A DNA stretch of 64,000 nt. Origin: Candidatus Latescibacterota bacterium. Lineage in GTDB: Bacteria > Latescibacterota > UBA2968 > UBA8231. This document shows, one piece after another, positions 37,353 through 47,899 of this stretch (the stretch's first letter is position 1; each line of letters starts with the position of its first letter). The DNA lies in contig OZ220089.1 of assembly GCA_964291625.2 (NCBI GenBank), positions 96,001 to 160,000 of the forward strand, in the 5' to 3' direction. The notes below the pieces were generated by a model, which was given only the letters and a program-made list of their open reading frames with translations, was not told the origin of the DNA and ran no database searches. The translations under genes were made by a program, and so were the position numbers.

Positions 37353-38039
37353 ATGACCCGTCAGGTTCCCTCCATCACCGCCATCGCCCTCGTCAGCGGG
37401 GGCCTCGACAGTTGCGTCGCCCTCGCCGAGGCCGTGCACCAGACGGGCGGCGAGGTGGCGGCCCTGCACGCCGGCTACGGCCAGCGGACCGAGAGCCGCG
37501 AGCGCCGGGCCTTCCTGGAGATCGCCGATCACTACGGCCTGGCGCACCGCCGGGAGGTCGATCTCCGCTACCTGCGGCAACTCGGCGGTTCGAGCCTGAC
37601 CGACCGGACGATCCCCATGCCCGGGGAGGACCTTTTCGCCGACGAAGTACCGTCGACGTACGTCCCCTTCCGCAACGCCAGTCTGCTGTCGGCGGCCGTC
37701 GCCTGCGCCGAGGTCCTCGGCGCCCCGGAGATCTACTGCGGCGCCCACGGGCCCGGCTCGCCCTACCCGGATACGCAGCCGGCCTTCTTCGGCGCCTTCG
37801 GCCGTCTCGTGGAGGCGGCGACTCCGCCCTCGGTGCGGATCGGCGTGCGCACGCCCCTGCTCCATCTCGACAAGGCGGCCATCATCCGCCGCGGGATGCA
37901 GTTGGGAGCACCGCTGGACCTCACCTGGTCCTGCTACGTCGACACCGAGTCCCCTTGCGGCGACTGCCACAGCTGCCGGCTGCGTTCCCGCGGCTTCGCC
38001 GCCGCGGGCCTTCCCGACCCCCTGGAGAGCCGATGCTGA
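37353..38039 (+). CDS. queC: 7-cyano-7-deazaguanine synthase
   Basis: SGGLDS, YGQR, GGSSLTD, TYVPFRN, YPD, TWSCY..CGDCHSCRLR. Confidence 0.96.
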   Translation: MTRQVPSITAIALVSGGLDSCVALAEAVHQTGGEVAALHAGYGQRTESRERRAFLEIADHYGLAHRREVDLRYLRQLGGSSLTDRTIPMPGEDLFADEVPSTYVPFRNASLLSAAVACAEVLGAPEIYCGAHGPGSPYPDTQPAFFGAFGRLVEAATPPSVRIGVRTPLLHLDKAAIIRRGMQLGAPLDLTWSCYVDTESPCGDCHSCRLRSRGFAAAGLPDPLESRC

Positions 38040-39617
38040 TCGGATACGTGAGCGACGAGCGCTACGTGGCCCTGCCGGACACGCTCCTGGAGTTCACCGG
38101 ACCCGCGGGAGACGTGGTGCAGGCGCGGTCCGGCGCCTCCGGCGCCGTGTACGCGGATCTGCCGCCGGGGCCCTGCAAGGTGGTCCTCGCCCGCCAGGGC
38201 TACGGCAGCAAGCGCGTGAGCATCAGCGTCGTCGAGGGCCGCCCCTGCCACTTCCGGCTCCTCGCCGACGGGCTGCTTGGCTATGCCTGGCCCAAGTGGG
38301 TGCGCGGCGGCGAGCGCTCGGAGTTCCGCGTTCACAGCCACGAGGCCTACAAGCTGGAACTCTTCCGCTACGGCCGCGAGAAGGAGTTCGTGCGCACCAT
38401 CGGCTGGTACGACGAGCACGGCCCCCGGGCGAACGTGCAGCTGACGCCGGACGGGGACTACACGCAGACCGGCGTTCAGTGGAACCGCCACGGCTACACC
38501 AGCCCCCGCCATCCGCAGCAGGTGGCCGCACCCGAGCGCAGCGGCCTCTACTACTTCCACGCTTCCACCGAAAGGGGCCTCTTCTTCTCCTTCCCGTGGA
38601 TCGTGGCGCCCGCCGCCCCCGGAGCCCCGGTGGCGGTCCTGGCCAGCAACATCACCTGGAACGCCTACAACAACTTCGGCGGTCGCAGCAACTACATCCA
38701 TCCCGACCGGGTGCCGCCCACGCCGACGGTCAACGCCCGCCTCGACCTGGACCGCTACACCGACCCCGACCACGACACCTACGGCGCCGACGACTACGCC
38801 CCCCTCTCCTTCGACCGCCCCGAGCCGGTCAACCACATCCCCCTCGAGGCGCAACTCACCGGCCCCATCGAGGGGCGCGCGGCCTGCCACCTGGCCGAGG
38901 CCGAGTGGCGGCTCCTCGGATGGATGGAAAGGCAGGGCTTCTCGTACGACCTTTGGGCCGAGACCCAACTCCACTACGGCCAGCTGCGGCTCGACGACTA
39001 CCGGGTCCTGGTGATCAGCACCCATCCCGAGTACTGGTCCGAGGAGATGTACCGCGCCGTGAAGTCCTGGGTCTTCGAGCGCGGCGGCAAGCTCATGTAC
39101 CTGGGCGGCAACGGCCTCAACTGCAGAATCGAGATGCTCGACGGAGCCACGATGAAGGCCTTCAATGGCAACGCCCGGGAGCTCGCCCGCCTACGGGGCC
39201 GAGAGCCGCTTTCACCTCCAGGTCGAATCGGAGGCCAACCTCCTCGGCGTCGTCTACTCCGAATCGGGCATCATGACCGCGGCGCCGTACCGGGTTGTCG
39301 ACGCAGGCCACTGGACTCTCGCCGGCACCGGCCTCGCCGAGGGCGACCGCTTCGGCCAGTCCAGCCTGCACATGAGGATCCCCGGCGGCGCCTCGGGACA
39401 CGAGACCGACAAGACCTCGCCGAGCTCGCCCGCCAACGTGCACGTCGTCGCCAAGGGGATGAATCCCGACGAGGGCGGCGGCGAGATCGTGCACTTCGAC
39501 ACCGGCAGCGGCGGCGAGGTGTTCTCCGTGGGCTCCATCACCTGGCCCGCCTCGATCCTCGTGGACGACGCCGTCTCCCGCATCACGGCGAACGTGCTGA
39601 CCCGCTTCCTCGCCTGA
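38033..39617 (+). CDS. N,N-dimethylformamidase large-subunit-like protein, frameshifted near 39188
   Basis: SGLYYF, TWNAYNNFGGRSNY, LSFDRP, STHPEYWS, LMYLGGNG in one frame; ESEANLLGV..GHETD..VFSVGSITW..ITANVL in the next frame. Confidence 0.7.
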
Positions 39618-39662
39618 GGCCCAACTTGCCGGCCCGGAGGGCGTGGCCTAGTTTCCCGGGGG

Positions 39663-40010
39663 ATGCCCCATCCCGAGGAACTCCTTGAAATCTTCCCGAA
39701 CCCCGAACCGGGTCGGGAGTACACGATCGACATCGACTGTCCCGAGTTCACCTCGGTCTGTCCCCGAACCGGCCAACCGGACTTCGGTACCATCCATATC
39801 ACCTATGTCCCCGGCGACAGCTGCCTGGAGCTCAAGTCTCTCAAGCTCTACCTGCAGTCCTTTCGCCAGCAGGGCATCTTCTACGAAGCCGTGACCAACG
39901 CCATCCTCGATCATCTCGTGGCCGCATGCGCACCCAGGCGGATGACCGTGATCGGCGACTACAGCGCCCGCGGAGGCATCACCACCAAGGTGACGGCCGC
40001 CTACCCCTGA
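39663..40010 (+). CDS. queF: PreQ0 reductase (type I)
   Basis: [31 protein letters not shown]. Confidence 0.96.
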   Translation: MPHPEELLEIFPNPEPGREYTIDIDCPEFTSVCPRTGQPDFGTIHITYVPGDSCLELKSLKLYLQSFRQQGIFYEAVTNAILDHLVAACAPRRMTVIGDYSARGGITTKVTAAYP

Positions 40011-40068
40011 CCGTTCGGGGGGCCGTGGCGCCGCGGCTTCGCCATCCATCTCATCGGAGCGTATTCCC

Positions 40069-41031
40069 ATGGCAGAATCCAGGGATGAAGAGGAGGTCGT
40101 CGCCGGCGAGGGCGAGGGCCAGCAGGGCAAGGACAAGCCCTGGTATCCTTACATCACCAAGACCCAGTTCGAGAAGTTCCTCTCCCGACTGCAGAGCAAG
40201 ATTCCCGAGGAGATCGACCGCGACTACGTGCGCGCCATCATCCGCACGCCGTCGATGATCTACCGCTTCCTCCGCGGCGTCGAGGCGATGGGTCTGATCG
40301 ATGACGAGCAGCACCCCACGGACCGGCTGAAGAGTCTGGTGGAGAAGGAGTCCCGCCGGCAGGCCATCGGCGAGGTCCTCGACGACCTCTACCCCGAGCT
40401 GCTGGGCCAGTACCGCGACAGCAACGGCGAGATGACCGACCGCGACATGGTCGCCTACTTCCGCCGCGAGACGGGGATGGGGAACGACTCGGCCAACAAG
40501 ATGAAGATGTTCTTCAAGTATCTGCTCACCGAGGCCGAGGGAGGAGAGCCTGCCCCCGCCGCCGAAGAAGCGGAGGAGGCCGCCGAGGCCGAAGAGCCCG
40601 CCAAGGTCGACGCCGAGAGTGCCCCGGTCCGTGAGAGCCGTGAGCCCCCGGCGCCGAGTTCCGGCAACGGGCGTCGCGGTGAGGCCCGGGCTCAGCAAAC
40701 CGACCGGCGGCCCCAGGGCCGGGGTGGGGACCGCGGCGACCGGGAGCGTGGAGAGCGCGACCGGGAACGCGGCGAGCGGGGAGGCGGGGAGCGCGGCGAC
40801 CGTGGAGAGCGCGACCGGGAGCGCGGGGACCGGGGAGAGCGGGGAGAGCGTGAGCGCGACCGGGAACGGTCCGTGAACAGCAACCGCCCCCTCACCGAGG
40901 CCCAGCGAGCCTACCTCGACACTCTCAAGTCCGTGTTGCGCGTCAACGTCGACGGCGACTGGGACGACGACATGATCCGCCTGGCCTTCGATCGGCTGGA
41001 GCGGTTGTTCGACCGCGTGCGGCGCAACTAA
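40069..41031 (+). CDS. Hypothetical protein: DUF5343-like N-terminal domain, acidic linker, R/G/D/E low-complexity tract, helical C-terminal domain
   Basis: PYIT..FEKFL..IP..ID..Y..MGLIDD..PT..L..L..YPEL pattern recalled as DUF5343-like (unverified). Confidence 0.6.
   Translation: MAESRDEEEVVAGEGEGQQGKDKPWYPYITKTQFEKFLSRLQSKIPEEIDRDYVRAIIRTPSMIYRFLRGVEAMGLIDDEQHPTDRLKSLVEKESRRQAIGEVLDDLYPELLGQYRDSNGEMTDRDMVAYFRRETGMGNDSANKMKMFFKYLLTEAEGGEPAPAAEEAEEAAEAEEPAKVDAESAPVRESREPPAPSSGNGRRGEARAQQTDRRPQGRGGDRGDRERGERDRERGERGGGERGDRGERDRERGDRGERGERERDRERSVNSNRPLTEAQRAYLDTLKSVLRVNVDGDWDDDMIRLAFDRLERLFDRVRRN
40726..40870 (+). repeat. Coding tandem low-complexity repeat (GDR/GER/DRER)n
   Basis: Recurrent gaccgg / gagcgc / ggcgac / ggagag units encoding GDRGDRERGERDRERGERGGGERGDRGERDRER. 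Confidence 0.8.
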
Positions 41032-41051
41032 GAGAGACTGCCAGAAGCACC

Positions 41052-41088
41052 GCAGCCCCCGTCTCGGCCTGGGCGAGACGGGGGCTGC
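41052..41088. terminator. Hairpin between convergent genes
   Basis: gcagcccccgtctcg-gcctggg-cgagacgggggctgc, 15-bp perfect stem; weak T-tail. Confidence 0.75.
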
Positions 41089-41110
41089 TCGTTCTGCGGG
41101 CGATCCTCCT

Positions 41111-42073
41111 CTACTCCTCCCACACCCCCATGGCCGAGAACTTCTCGACGCGCTGATCGATCAGGTCCTGCGGTTGCAGAGGACGCAGTTCGGCCAGGGC
41201 CTCCTGGATATGGTGCTTCAGGCTCGAGGCGACCTGGTCGTAGTCGCGGTGAGCGCCGCCGAAGGGCTCGGGCACGACCCGGTCGATGACCTTGTGCTCG
41301 ATCAGGTCCGCCGCCGAGAGCCTGAGGGCTTCGGCCGCCTCCTCCTTGCGGTCACGCGTGCGGAAGAGGATGGTGGAGCAGCTCTCGGGGACGATCACCG
41401 AGTAGACGGCGTGCTCCAGCATCAGGATGCGGTCGCCCACGGTGATGCCGATGGCCCCGCCCGAAAAGGCCTGGCCGATGATGGCCACCACGATGGGAAC
41501 GGGCAGGTGGGACATCTCGTAGAGATTGCGGGCGATCGCCTCCGCCTGCCCCCGCTCCTCCGCTTCGACGCCGGGAAAGGCACCCGACGTGTCCACCAGG
41601 GTCAGGATCGGGCGCCGGAACTTGGCCGCCATCTGCATCAGGCGCAGGGCTTTGCGGTAGCCCTCGGGATGGGGCATGCCGAAGTTGCGCTGCTTGCGCT
41701 CGTCCACGTTGCGCCCGCTCTGGATGCCGACGACCATCAGCGGCTCGCCGTCGAGGCGGGCGGGTCCACCGACGATCGACTTGTCGTCGCCGTGGTAGCG
41801 GTCGCCGTGGAGCTCGACGAAATCGGTGAGGATCCGCCCGATGTAGTCGAGGGCGTAGGGGCGCAGTGGATGGCGGGAGATCTGCACGCGCTGCCAGCGC
41901 GTTAGGCGGGAGTAGATCTCTCGGCGAAGCCTCTTGACCCGCTCCTCCAGGGAGCGGATCTCGCGGCTCAGGTCGAGGCCGTCCGTCTCGGCCTGGGCCT
42001 CCATGTCGCTGATGCGCTTCTCGAGCTCCACGATGGGGCGCTCGAAGTCGAGGTGGAAGCTGTCGTCACTCAT
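41111..42073 (-). CDS. accA: Acetyl-CoA carboxylase carboxyltransferase alpha subunit
   Basis: [48 protein letters not shown]. Confidence 0.96.
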   Translation of the reverse strand: MSDDSFHLDFERPIVELEKRISDMEAQAETDGLDLSREIRSLEERVKRLRREIYSRLTRWQRVQISRHPLRPYALDYIGRILTDFVELHGDRYHGDDKSIVGGPARLDGEPLMVVGIQSGRNVDERKQRNFGMPHPEGYRKALRLMQMAAKFRRPILTLVDTSGAFPGVEAEERGQAEAIARNLYEMSHLPVPIVVAIIGQAFSGGAIGITVGDRILMLEHAVYSVIVPESCSTILFRTRDRKEEAAEALRLSAADLIEHKVIDRVVPEPFGGAHRDYDQVASSLKHHIQEALAELRPLQPQDLIDQRVEKFSAMGVWEE

Positions 42074-42140
42074 GGCCGGCGCCCCGGGTTGGGGGTAGGG
42101 TGGAGATCACTGGAGGAGACACCGGTTTCCTGGCTCTTCT

Positions 42141-43343
42141 TCACCCCAGCCTGGTCAGGGCCTCGCCGAGACGGTCCATGGCGCGGTGGAGATTCTCCAT
42201 CGAAGTGGCATAGGACAGGCGGAAGTGCGCTTCCGTGCCGAAGCCCGGCCCGGGCACGCAGGCGATCCGGGCCTCGTCGAGGAGGTAGTCGCACAGATCG
42301 GTGACGTCGGTGACCACCCGGTCCGCCGTCCCCAGCCCGAAGTAGGAGGAGACGTCGGGGTAGACGTAGAAGGCGCCCAGGGGCAGGGCGCAGGTGACGC
42401 CATCCAGCCCGTTGAGGCGGTCGACGACGAAGCGGCGGCGACGGTCGTACTCGAGTCGCATCTCCTCCACCACCTCCTGAGGTCCCTCGAGGGCGGCCAC
42501 GGAGGCCCTCTGTGAGATCGAGGAGGGATGGGAGACGGTCTGACTCTGGGCCTTGTCCATCAGGCCGATCACATCGCCGGGGCCGGCGGCGTAGCCGATC
42601 CGCCAGCCGGTCATGGCATAGGTCTTGGATACCCCGTTGACGATGATGGTGCGCGCCTTCAGCTCCGGGCCGAGCTGCGCCATCGACACGTGCTCCGCCC
42701 CATCGTAGACCAGCTTCTCGTAGATCTCGTCGCTGAGGACGTAGAGCCCGTGCTCGAGAGCGACCTCGCCGAGGGCGGCCAGCTCCTCCCGGGAGTAGAC
42801 GGCGCCGCTCGGGTTGGACGGACTGTTGATCAGGACCATCCGGGTCCTCGGCGTGATCGCGGCGCGCAGCTTCTCCGGCGTGAGCTTGAGGCCCCCTTCG
42901 TCCCGCGTCTCCACGATCACGGGATCGGCGCCGACGAGCTTGGGCTGCTCGGTGAAGGTCACCCAGTAGGGCGTGGGGATGACCATCTCGTCGCCCGGGT
43001 TCAGCACCGCCGCCACCGCCAGGGCCAGGGAGTGCTTGGCGCCGTTGTTGACGATCACCTCCTCCGGGGCGTACTCCAGGCCGTTGTCCCCGCTGAACTT
43101 GCCGCAGACGGCGGCCTTCAGCTCGGGAATGCCCGAGGGCGGGGACGTGTACTTGGTGAACCCCTCGTCCAGAGCCTGCTTGGCCGCGTCCTTGATGTGC
43201 TCAGGCGTATCGAAATCCGGCTCGCCGGCGGAGAGGGCGATCACGTCGACACCCTCCCTCCGGAGGGCCGCCGCCTTGGCCGAGGTGGCCATGGTCGCCG
43301 ATGGGGCGACGCGCTGGATGTAGGCAGACAACTTCCGGGTCAT
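42141..43343 (-). CDS. PLP-dependent class I/II (aspartate-type) aminotransferase
   Basis: GEPDFDTP, NSPSNPSG, SDEIY, SKTYAMTGWRIG. Confidence 0.93.
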   Translation of the reverse strand: MTRKLSAYIQRVAPSATMATSAKAAALRREGVDVIALSAGEPDFDTPEHIKDAAKQALDEGFTKYTSPPSGIPELKAAVCGKFSGDNGLEYAPEEVIVNNGAKHSLALAVAAVLNPGDEMVIPTPYWVTFTEQPKLVGADPVIVETRDEGGLKLTPEKLRAAITPRTRMVLINSPSNPSGAVYSREELAALGEVALEHGLYVLSDEIYEKLVYDGAEHVSMAQLGPELKARTIIVNGVSKTYAMTGWRIGYAAGPGDVIGLMDKAQSQTVSHPSSISQRASVAALEGPQEVVEEMRLEYDRRRRFVVDRLNGLDGVTCALPLGAFYVYPDVSSYFGLGTADRVVTDVTDLCDYLLDEARIACVPGPGFGTEAHFRLSYATSMENLHRAMDRLGEALTRLG

Positions 43344-44554
43344 GTGGTGTACTCCGCGTTGAGTCGAACGTATTCGTAGGTCAGATCGCAGGTGAATATC
43401 TCGGACCGGGCTTCCCCCGCCTTGAGATCGATCTCGATGTCGACCTCATCCGACTTCATGGCGGCGCTCAGGGCCGCGGCGTCGAAGTCGATGCCGGCGC
43501 CGCCGCCGTAGACCGGCCGGCCGCAGAGGGACACGGCCACCGCCTCCGGGTCGAGGTCGACGCCGGCGTAGCCGACGGCGCAGAGGATCCGGCCCCAGTT
43601 GGGATCGTTGCCGAAGGCCGCAGTCTTCACGAGGCTGGAGTTGGCCACCGCCAGGCCCACCGCCCGCGCCTCGGCCTCGCTGCGTCCGCGCAGGACGCGG
43701 ACCGTGATGAGCTTGCTGGCCCCCTCTCCGTCGGCGGCGATGGCCCGCGCCATCCTGCGGCAGACGTGCTCCATGGCCTCGGCCAGCTTCTCGAAGGCCT
43801 CCTCCGACAGGCCGCGGGAGTCGCCGGCCCCGCCCATGGCGGCTCCGTTGGCCAGGGCGATCACGGTATCGCTGGTGCTCATGTCGCCGTCGACGGTGCA
43901 GCAGTTGAAGCTGCGCCCGACAGCGCGCACCAGGAGCTGCCGCAGCCGCCCCGCGGGGACGGCGGCATCGGTGGTGATCAGGGCGAGCATGGTGGCCATC
44001 TTCGGGGAGATCATGGCCGCTCCCTTGGCGACGGCCCCCACCGTCGCCGGATGACCGTCGAGGTCGACGCGGACGGCGGCGTGCTTGGCCACGGTATCCG
44101 TGGTCATCATCGCCTCCGCCGCCTCCACCCCGCCCTCCCCGGACAGTCCCGCCACCACCCGCGGGATCCCCTCCTCGATCCGCTCCATCGGCAGCGGCAC
44201 TCCGATGAGACCGGTGGAGCAGACGAGGACATCGCTGGTGGACAGGCCGAGCCGTTGCGCCGTGGCCTCGCACATGCGCACGGCGTCGGCGCGGCCCCGG
44301 TCGCCGTTGCAGACGTTGGCGATGCCGCTGTTGATGATCACCGCCCGGGCGCGGCCGTCGGCCAGGTGCTCGCGGCAGACCGGGATCGGCGCCCCCTGAA
44401 CGCGGTTGGTGGTGTACACCGCGGCGCCGGCTGCGGGCCTGTCGGATACCGTCAGGGACAGGTCCCTGCTGCCCGAGGGCTTGATGCCGCAGGTGACGCC
44501 GGCGGCCCGATACCCCCGGGGGGAGGTGACGCTGCCGCCTTCGATCTCGATCAT
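43340..44554 (-). CDS. argJ: Ornithine acetyltransferase / N-acetylglutamate synthase
   Basis: NSGIANVC, STGLIG, MTTDT, KGAAMISPKMATML, DGDMSTSD, DGEGA, DPNWGR, NAEYTT. Confidence 0.96.
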   Translation of the reverse strand: MIEIEGGSVTSPRGYRAAGVTCGIKPSGSRDLSLTVSDRPAAGAAVYTTNRVQGAPIPVCREHLADGRARAVIINSGIANVCNGDRGRADAVRMCEATAQRLGLSTSDVLVCSTGLIGVPLPMERIEEGIPRVVAGLSGEGGVEAAEAMMTTDTVAKHAAVRVDLDGHPATVGAVAKGAAMISPKMATMLALITTDAAVPAGRLRQLLVRAVGRSFNCCTVDGDMSTSDTVIALANGAAMGGAGDSRGLSEEAFEKLAEAMEHVCRRMARAIAADGEGASKLITVRVLRGRSEAEARAVGLAVANSSLVKTAAFGNDPNWGRILCAVGYAGVDLDPEAVAVSLCGRPVYGGGAGIDFDAAALSAAMKSDEVDIEIDLKAGEARSEIFTCDLTYEYVRLNAEYTT

Positions 44555-46122
44555 CGCCCGTCCTCGCGCATGAGCTTGCAGTGCAGGCTGTCGGTCAGGG
44601 CGATCCAGCTCGCCTCGATGATGTTCTCCGACACGCCCACGGTCCCCCACACGTCGTGGCCGTCCGAGGACTCGATGAGCACCCGGACCCGGGCGGCGGT
44701 GCCGTCGCTCGAGGACATGACGCGCACCTTGTAGTCCTCCAGGTGGACGGCTTTCAGGTCCGGGAAGACCGCCTCCAGGGCCTTGCGCAGGGCCCGGTCC
44801 ATGGCGTTCACGGGACCGTCCCCTTCGCCCACCGTGTGGTGGACGCGCCCGTTCACCTCCACCTTGACCACCGCCTCCGCCACCTCGGGCTCGCCCTCGG
44901 CCTCCTTGCGGCTGGAGACGTGGAAGCTCAGCGGCCGGAAGCGGTCGCGGTAGAGGCCCATGCAGCGCCGCGCGAGCAGCTCGAAGGAGCCCTCGGCGGC
45001 CTCGAACTGGTACCCCTGGTGCTCCAGCCGCTTGACCTCGGTCAGTACCTCGCCGACGGCTGGGTCCTTCTTGCTCAACTCGGGGAAGAAGCGCCCGAGC
45101 TTGGCCACCACGGTGCTGCCCCCCGACTGGTCCGAGACCAGGTAGCGGCGGCTGTTTCCGGTCGCCTCTGGATCCTCCTGCTCGTAACAACGGGGGTCCT
45201 TGTTCATGGCGTCGATGTGCACGCCGCCCTTGTGGGCATAGGCGCTCTCACCGACGAAGGGCTGGCGGTGGTCGTGGGCGACGTTGGCCGTCTCGGAGAG
45301 GAAGCGGGAGAATCCCATCAGCTGCGCCACCCGGTCGCGGCCGATGGTGGTCCGCCCCATCTTCAGCTCCAGGACGGGGATGACCGTGCACAGGTTGACG
45401 TTGCCGCAGCGTTCCCCGTAGCCGTTGAAGGTGCCCTGCACCTGAACCGCCCCCAGGTCGACGGCGGCGATGGTGTTGGCCACGGCCAGGCCGGCGTCGT
45501 TGTGGGTGTGGATCCCCAGGGGAGTGGTCACGGCCGCTGCTGCCTCCGCGTACATGCGCGCCACGTCCGCCGGCAGGGTCCCGCCGTTGGTGTCACAGAG
45601 AACGAGGACCCGCGCTCCCCCGCGTTCGGCGGCGCGCAGGGTCTCGAGGGCGTAGCCGGCGTCGGCGGCGCAGCCGTCGAAGAAGTGCTCGGCGTCGAAG
45701 GTCACCTCGCGGCCCCTGGCCACCAGGTAGGCCACCGAGTCCTCGATGAGCCTCAGGTTCTCCTCCCGTGTCGTCTTCAGCACCTCGGTGACGTGGAGGT
45801 CCCAGCTCTTGCCGAAGAGGGTGACGCTGTCGGTGCCGGCCTTGAGGAGCGTGTTGAGGGTGGCATCCTCCCCGGCGGCGTTGGCCGGCCGCCGGGTGCT
45901 GCCGAAGGCGGTTACCCGGGCCCGCAGGTTCAGCGCTCTCACCTGCTCGAAGAAGGCGAGGTCCTTAGGGTTCGTCGGATTCGGCCAGCCTCCCTCGATG
46001 TAGTGCACGCCGAGGTCGTCCAGCCGCTGGGCGATCTCCAGCTTGTCCTGGAGGGAATAGGTGATCCCCTCCGCCTGGGCCCCGTCCCGCAGCGTCGAAT
46101 CGTAGATCTCTACCGAGGACAT
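44551..46122 (-). CDS. cimA: Citramalate synthase
   Basis: YDSTLRDGAQAEG, YIEGGWP, FGKSWDLHV, DAEHFFDG, HTHND, AHKGGVH, QFEAAEGSFELL, LEDYKVR. Confidence 0.92.
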   Translation of the reverse strand: MSSVEIYDSTLRDGAQAEGITYSLQDKLEIAQRLDDLGVHYIEGGWPNPTNPKDLAFFEQVRALNLRARVTAFGSTRRPANAAGEDATLNTLLKAGTDSVTLFGKSWDLHVTEVLKTTREENLRLIEDSVAYLVARGREVTFDAEHFFDGCAADAGYALETLRAAERGGARVLVLCDTNGGTLPADVARMYAEAAAAVTTPLGIHTHNDAGLAVANTIAAVDLGAVQVQGTFNGYGERCGNVNLCTVIPVLELKMGRTTIGRDRVAQLMGFSRFLSETANVAHDHRQPFVGESAYAHKGGVHIDAMNKDPRCYEQEDPEATGNSRRYLVSDQSGGSTVVAKLGRFFPELSKKDPAVGEVLTEVKRLEHQGYQFEAAEGSFELLARRCMGLYRDRFRPLSFHVSSRKEAEGEPEVAEAVVKVEVNGRVHHTVGEGDGPVNAMDRALRKALEAVFPDLKAVHLEDYKVRVMSSSDGTAARVRVLIESSDGHDVWGTVGVSENIIEASWIALTDSLHCKLMREDGR

Positions 46123-46131
46123 GGGCCCAGG

Positions 46132-47202
46132 TCAGGGAGACACGGCGGTGACCGCCCCGGCCACCATGTCCCCCACCTCGCTCGTGGAATACCCCATCTC
46201 GCCGGCGCCCATGCCCTTCAGTTGCTGCAGAGTCGACACGATGGCGGCCTCGAGGATTGCGGCCCCCTCGTGCTCTCCCAGGGTGTCGACCATGAGCTGG
46301 CAGGCGCCGATGGCGGCCATGGGGTTGATCACGTTCCGGCCCGTGTACTTCGGCGCCGATCCGCCGATGGGCTCGAACATCGACACGCCCTCGGGATTGA
46401 TGTTGCCCCCCGCGGCGATGCCCATCCCTCCCTGGATCATGGCGCCCAGGTCGGTGATGATGTCGCCGAAGATGTTGTCGGTGACGATCACGTCGAACCA
46501 TTCGGGGTTCTTCACCATCCACATGCAGATGGCGTCCACGTGGGCGTAGTCGCGCCGGATGTCGCCGTAGTCGGCCTCGCCCACCTCGTGGAAGGCCCGT
46601 TCCCAGAGGTCGAAGGCGTAGGTGAGGACGTTGGTCTTGCCGCACAGGGTGAGGGTCCTGTCCTTGTTGCGTCGGCGGGTGTAGTCGAAAGCGTAGCGCA
46701 GGCAGCGCTCGACCCCCTTGCGGGTGTTGATCGACTCCTGCACGGCGATCTCGTCCGGCGTCCCCTTCTTGAAGAGCCCGCCGGCCCCGGTGTAGATCCC
46801 CTCCGTGTTCTCGCGCACCACCACGAAGTCGATCTCCTCCGGCCCCTTGTCCTTGATGGGGGTCGGCACGTTCGGGTAGAGCTTCACCGGCCGCAGGTTG
46901 ATGTACTGGTCCAGCTCGAAACGCAACCTGAGGAGGATCCCCTTCTCGAGGATCCCCGGCTTCACGTCGGGATGTCCGATGGCCCCGAGATAGATGGCGT
47001 CGAACTGCCGCAACTCGTCGACGGCGGAGTCGGGCAGGGTCTCCCCGGTCTGGAGATAGCGGTCGCCGCCGAAGTCGAAGTCGGCGCTTTCGTATGAGAA
47101 TCCCACCCTCTCGGCCAGGGCGGCCAGGGCCTTCATCCCCTCGGCGACCACCTCGGGGCCGGTGCCGTCACCTGGCAGGACGGCGATCTTGTACGATCTC
47201 AC
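46132..47202 (-). CDS. leuB: 3-isopropylmalate dehydrogenase
   Basis: IAVLPGDGTGPEV, NLRPVK, VRENTEG, NIFGDIITD, MFEP..GSAP; located in the leu run; GTG start inferred. Confidence 0.9.
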   Translation of the reverse strand: MRSYKIAVLPGDGTGPEVVAEGMKALAALAERVGFSYESADFDFGGDRYLQTGETLPDSAVDELRQFDAIYLGAIGHPDVKPGILEKGILLRLRFELDQYINLRPVKLYPNVPTPIKDKGPEEIDFVVVRENTEGIYTGAGGLFKKGTPDEIAVQESINTRKGVERCLRYAFDYTRRRNKDRTLTLCGKTNVLTYAFDLWERAFHEVGEADYGDIRRDYAHVDAICMWMVKNPEWFDVIVTDNIFGDIITDLGAMIQGGMGIAAGGNINPEGVSMFEPIGGSAPKYTGRNVINPMAAIGACQLMVDTLGEHEGAAILEAAIVSTLQQLKGMGAGEMGYSTSEVGDMVAGAVTAVSP

Positions 47203-47277
47203 TCTGCTCTCTTTCTCTTTCGAGCGGCCCGGCCGGCGCGGCCCGACGACCGCAGTACCGACGAGGGCCACACTCTC

Positions 47278-47898
47278 TCAGGGCTCTACTCCAAAGGACG
47301 ACAGGTACGGCAGCCTCCGCGCCGTTCGTCCGATCTCGTCTCCGGCCTCCAGCAACTGCCCGAGGGCGTCCCAGGTCCCGGTGACCAGCTGCTCGCGCGG
47401 CCCCTCGGGCATGGCGGCCTCCATCGACTCGCCGCCGAAGCGCGCGCTCTGCGCCTCCACGTCGACCTCCACCACCAAAGCCGGATCGTCTTCCACGGCT
47501 GCCATGAGGCGCTCCACGTCCCCTTCCGAGGCCCTGAGGCACGGGAGGCCCAGGGCGGTGCAGTTGCCGAAGAAGATCTCGGCGAAGGAGACGGCGACGA
47601 AGGCCTCGATGCCCCAGCGCATCAGGGCCTGGGGGGCGTGCTCCCGCGAGGAGCCGCAGCCGAAGTTGGCGTTGGCCACGAGGATGGAAGCCCCGGCGAA
47701 GCGCGGGTTGTCGAAGGGATGGCCGTCGGCGGCGCGGTCGTCCTCGAAGGCGTGCTCTCCGAGACCGTCGAAAGTGACGGTTCGCAGATATCGCGCCGGG
47801 ATGATGCGGTCCGTGTCGATATCGTTGCCGCGCACCGCTACGGCGCGGCCCCTGATCAGGCGGCGGATGCTGGAGGAGGTCTCGGCACTCGACGTCAT
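47278..47898 (-). CDS. leuD: Isopropylmalate isomerase small subunit
   Basis: DIDTDRIIPARYL, NFGCGSSREHAP, SFAEIFFGN. Confidence 0.96.
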   Translation of the reverse strand: MTSSAETSSSIRRLIRGRAVAVRGNDIDTDRIIPARYLRTVTFDGLGEHAFEDDRAADGHPFDNPRFAGASILVANANFGCGSSREHAPQALMRWGIEAFVAVSFAEIFFGNCTALGLPCLRASEGDVERLMAAVEDDPALVVEVDVEAQSARFGGESMEAAMPEGPREQLVTGTWDALGQLLEAGDEIGRTARRLPYLSSFGVEP

Positions 47899-47899
47899 C

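Noticed and set aside
35831-39688. 1285-aa ORF suggesting a giant fusion
   Set aside because: It is antisense to ispH and off-frame over queC; only the part from 38033 is coding.
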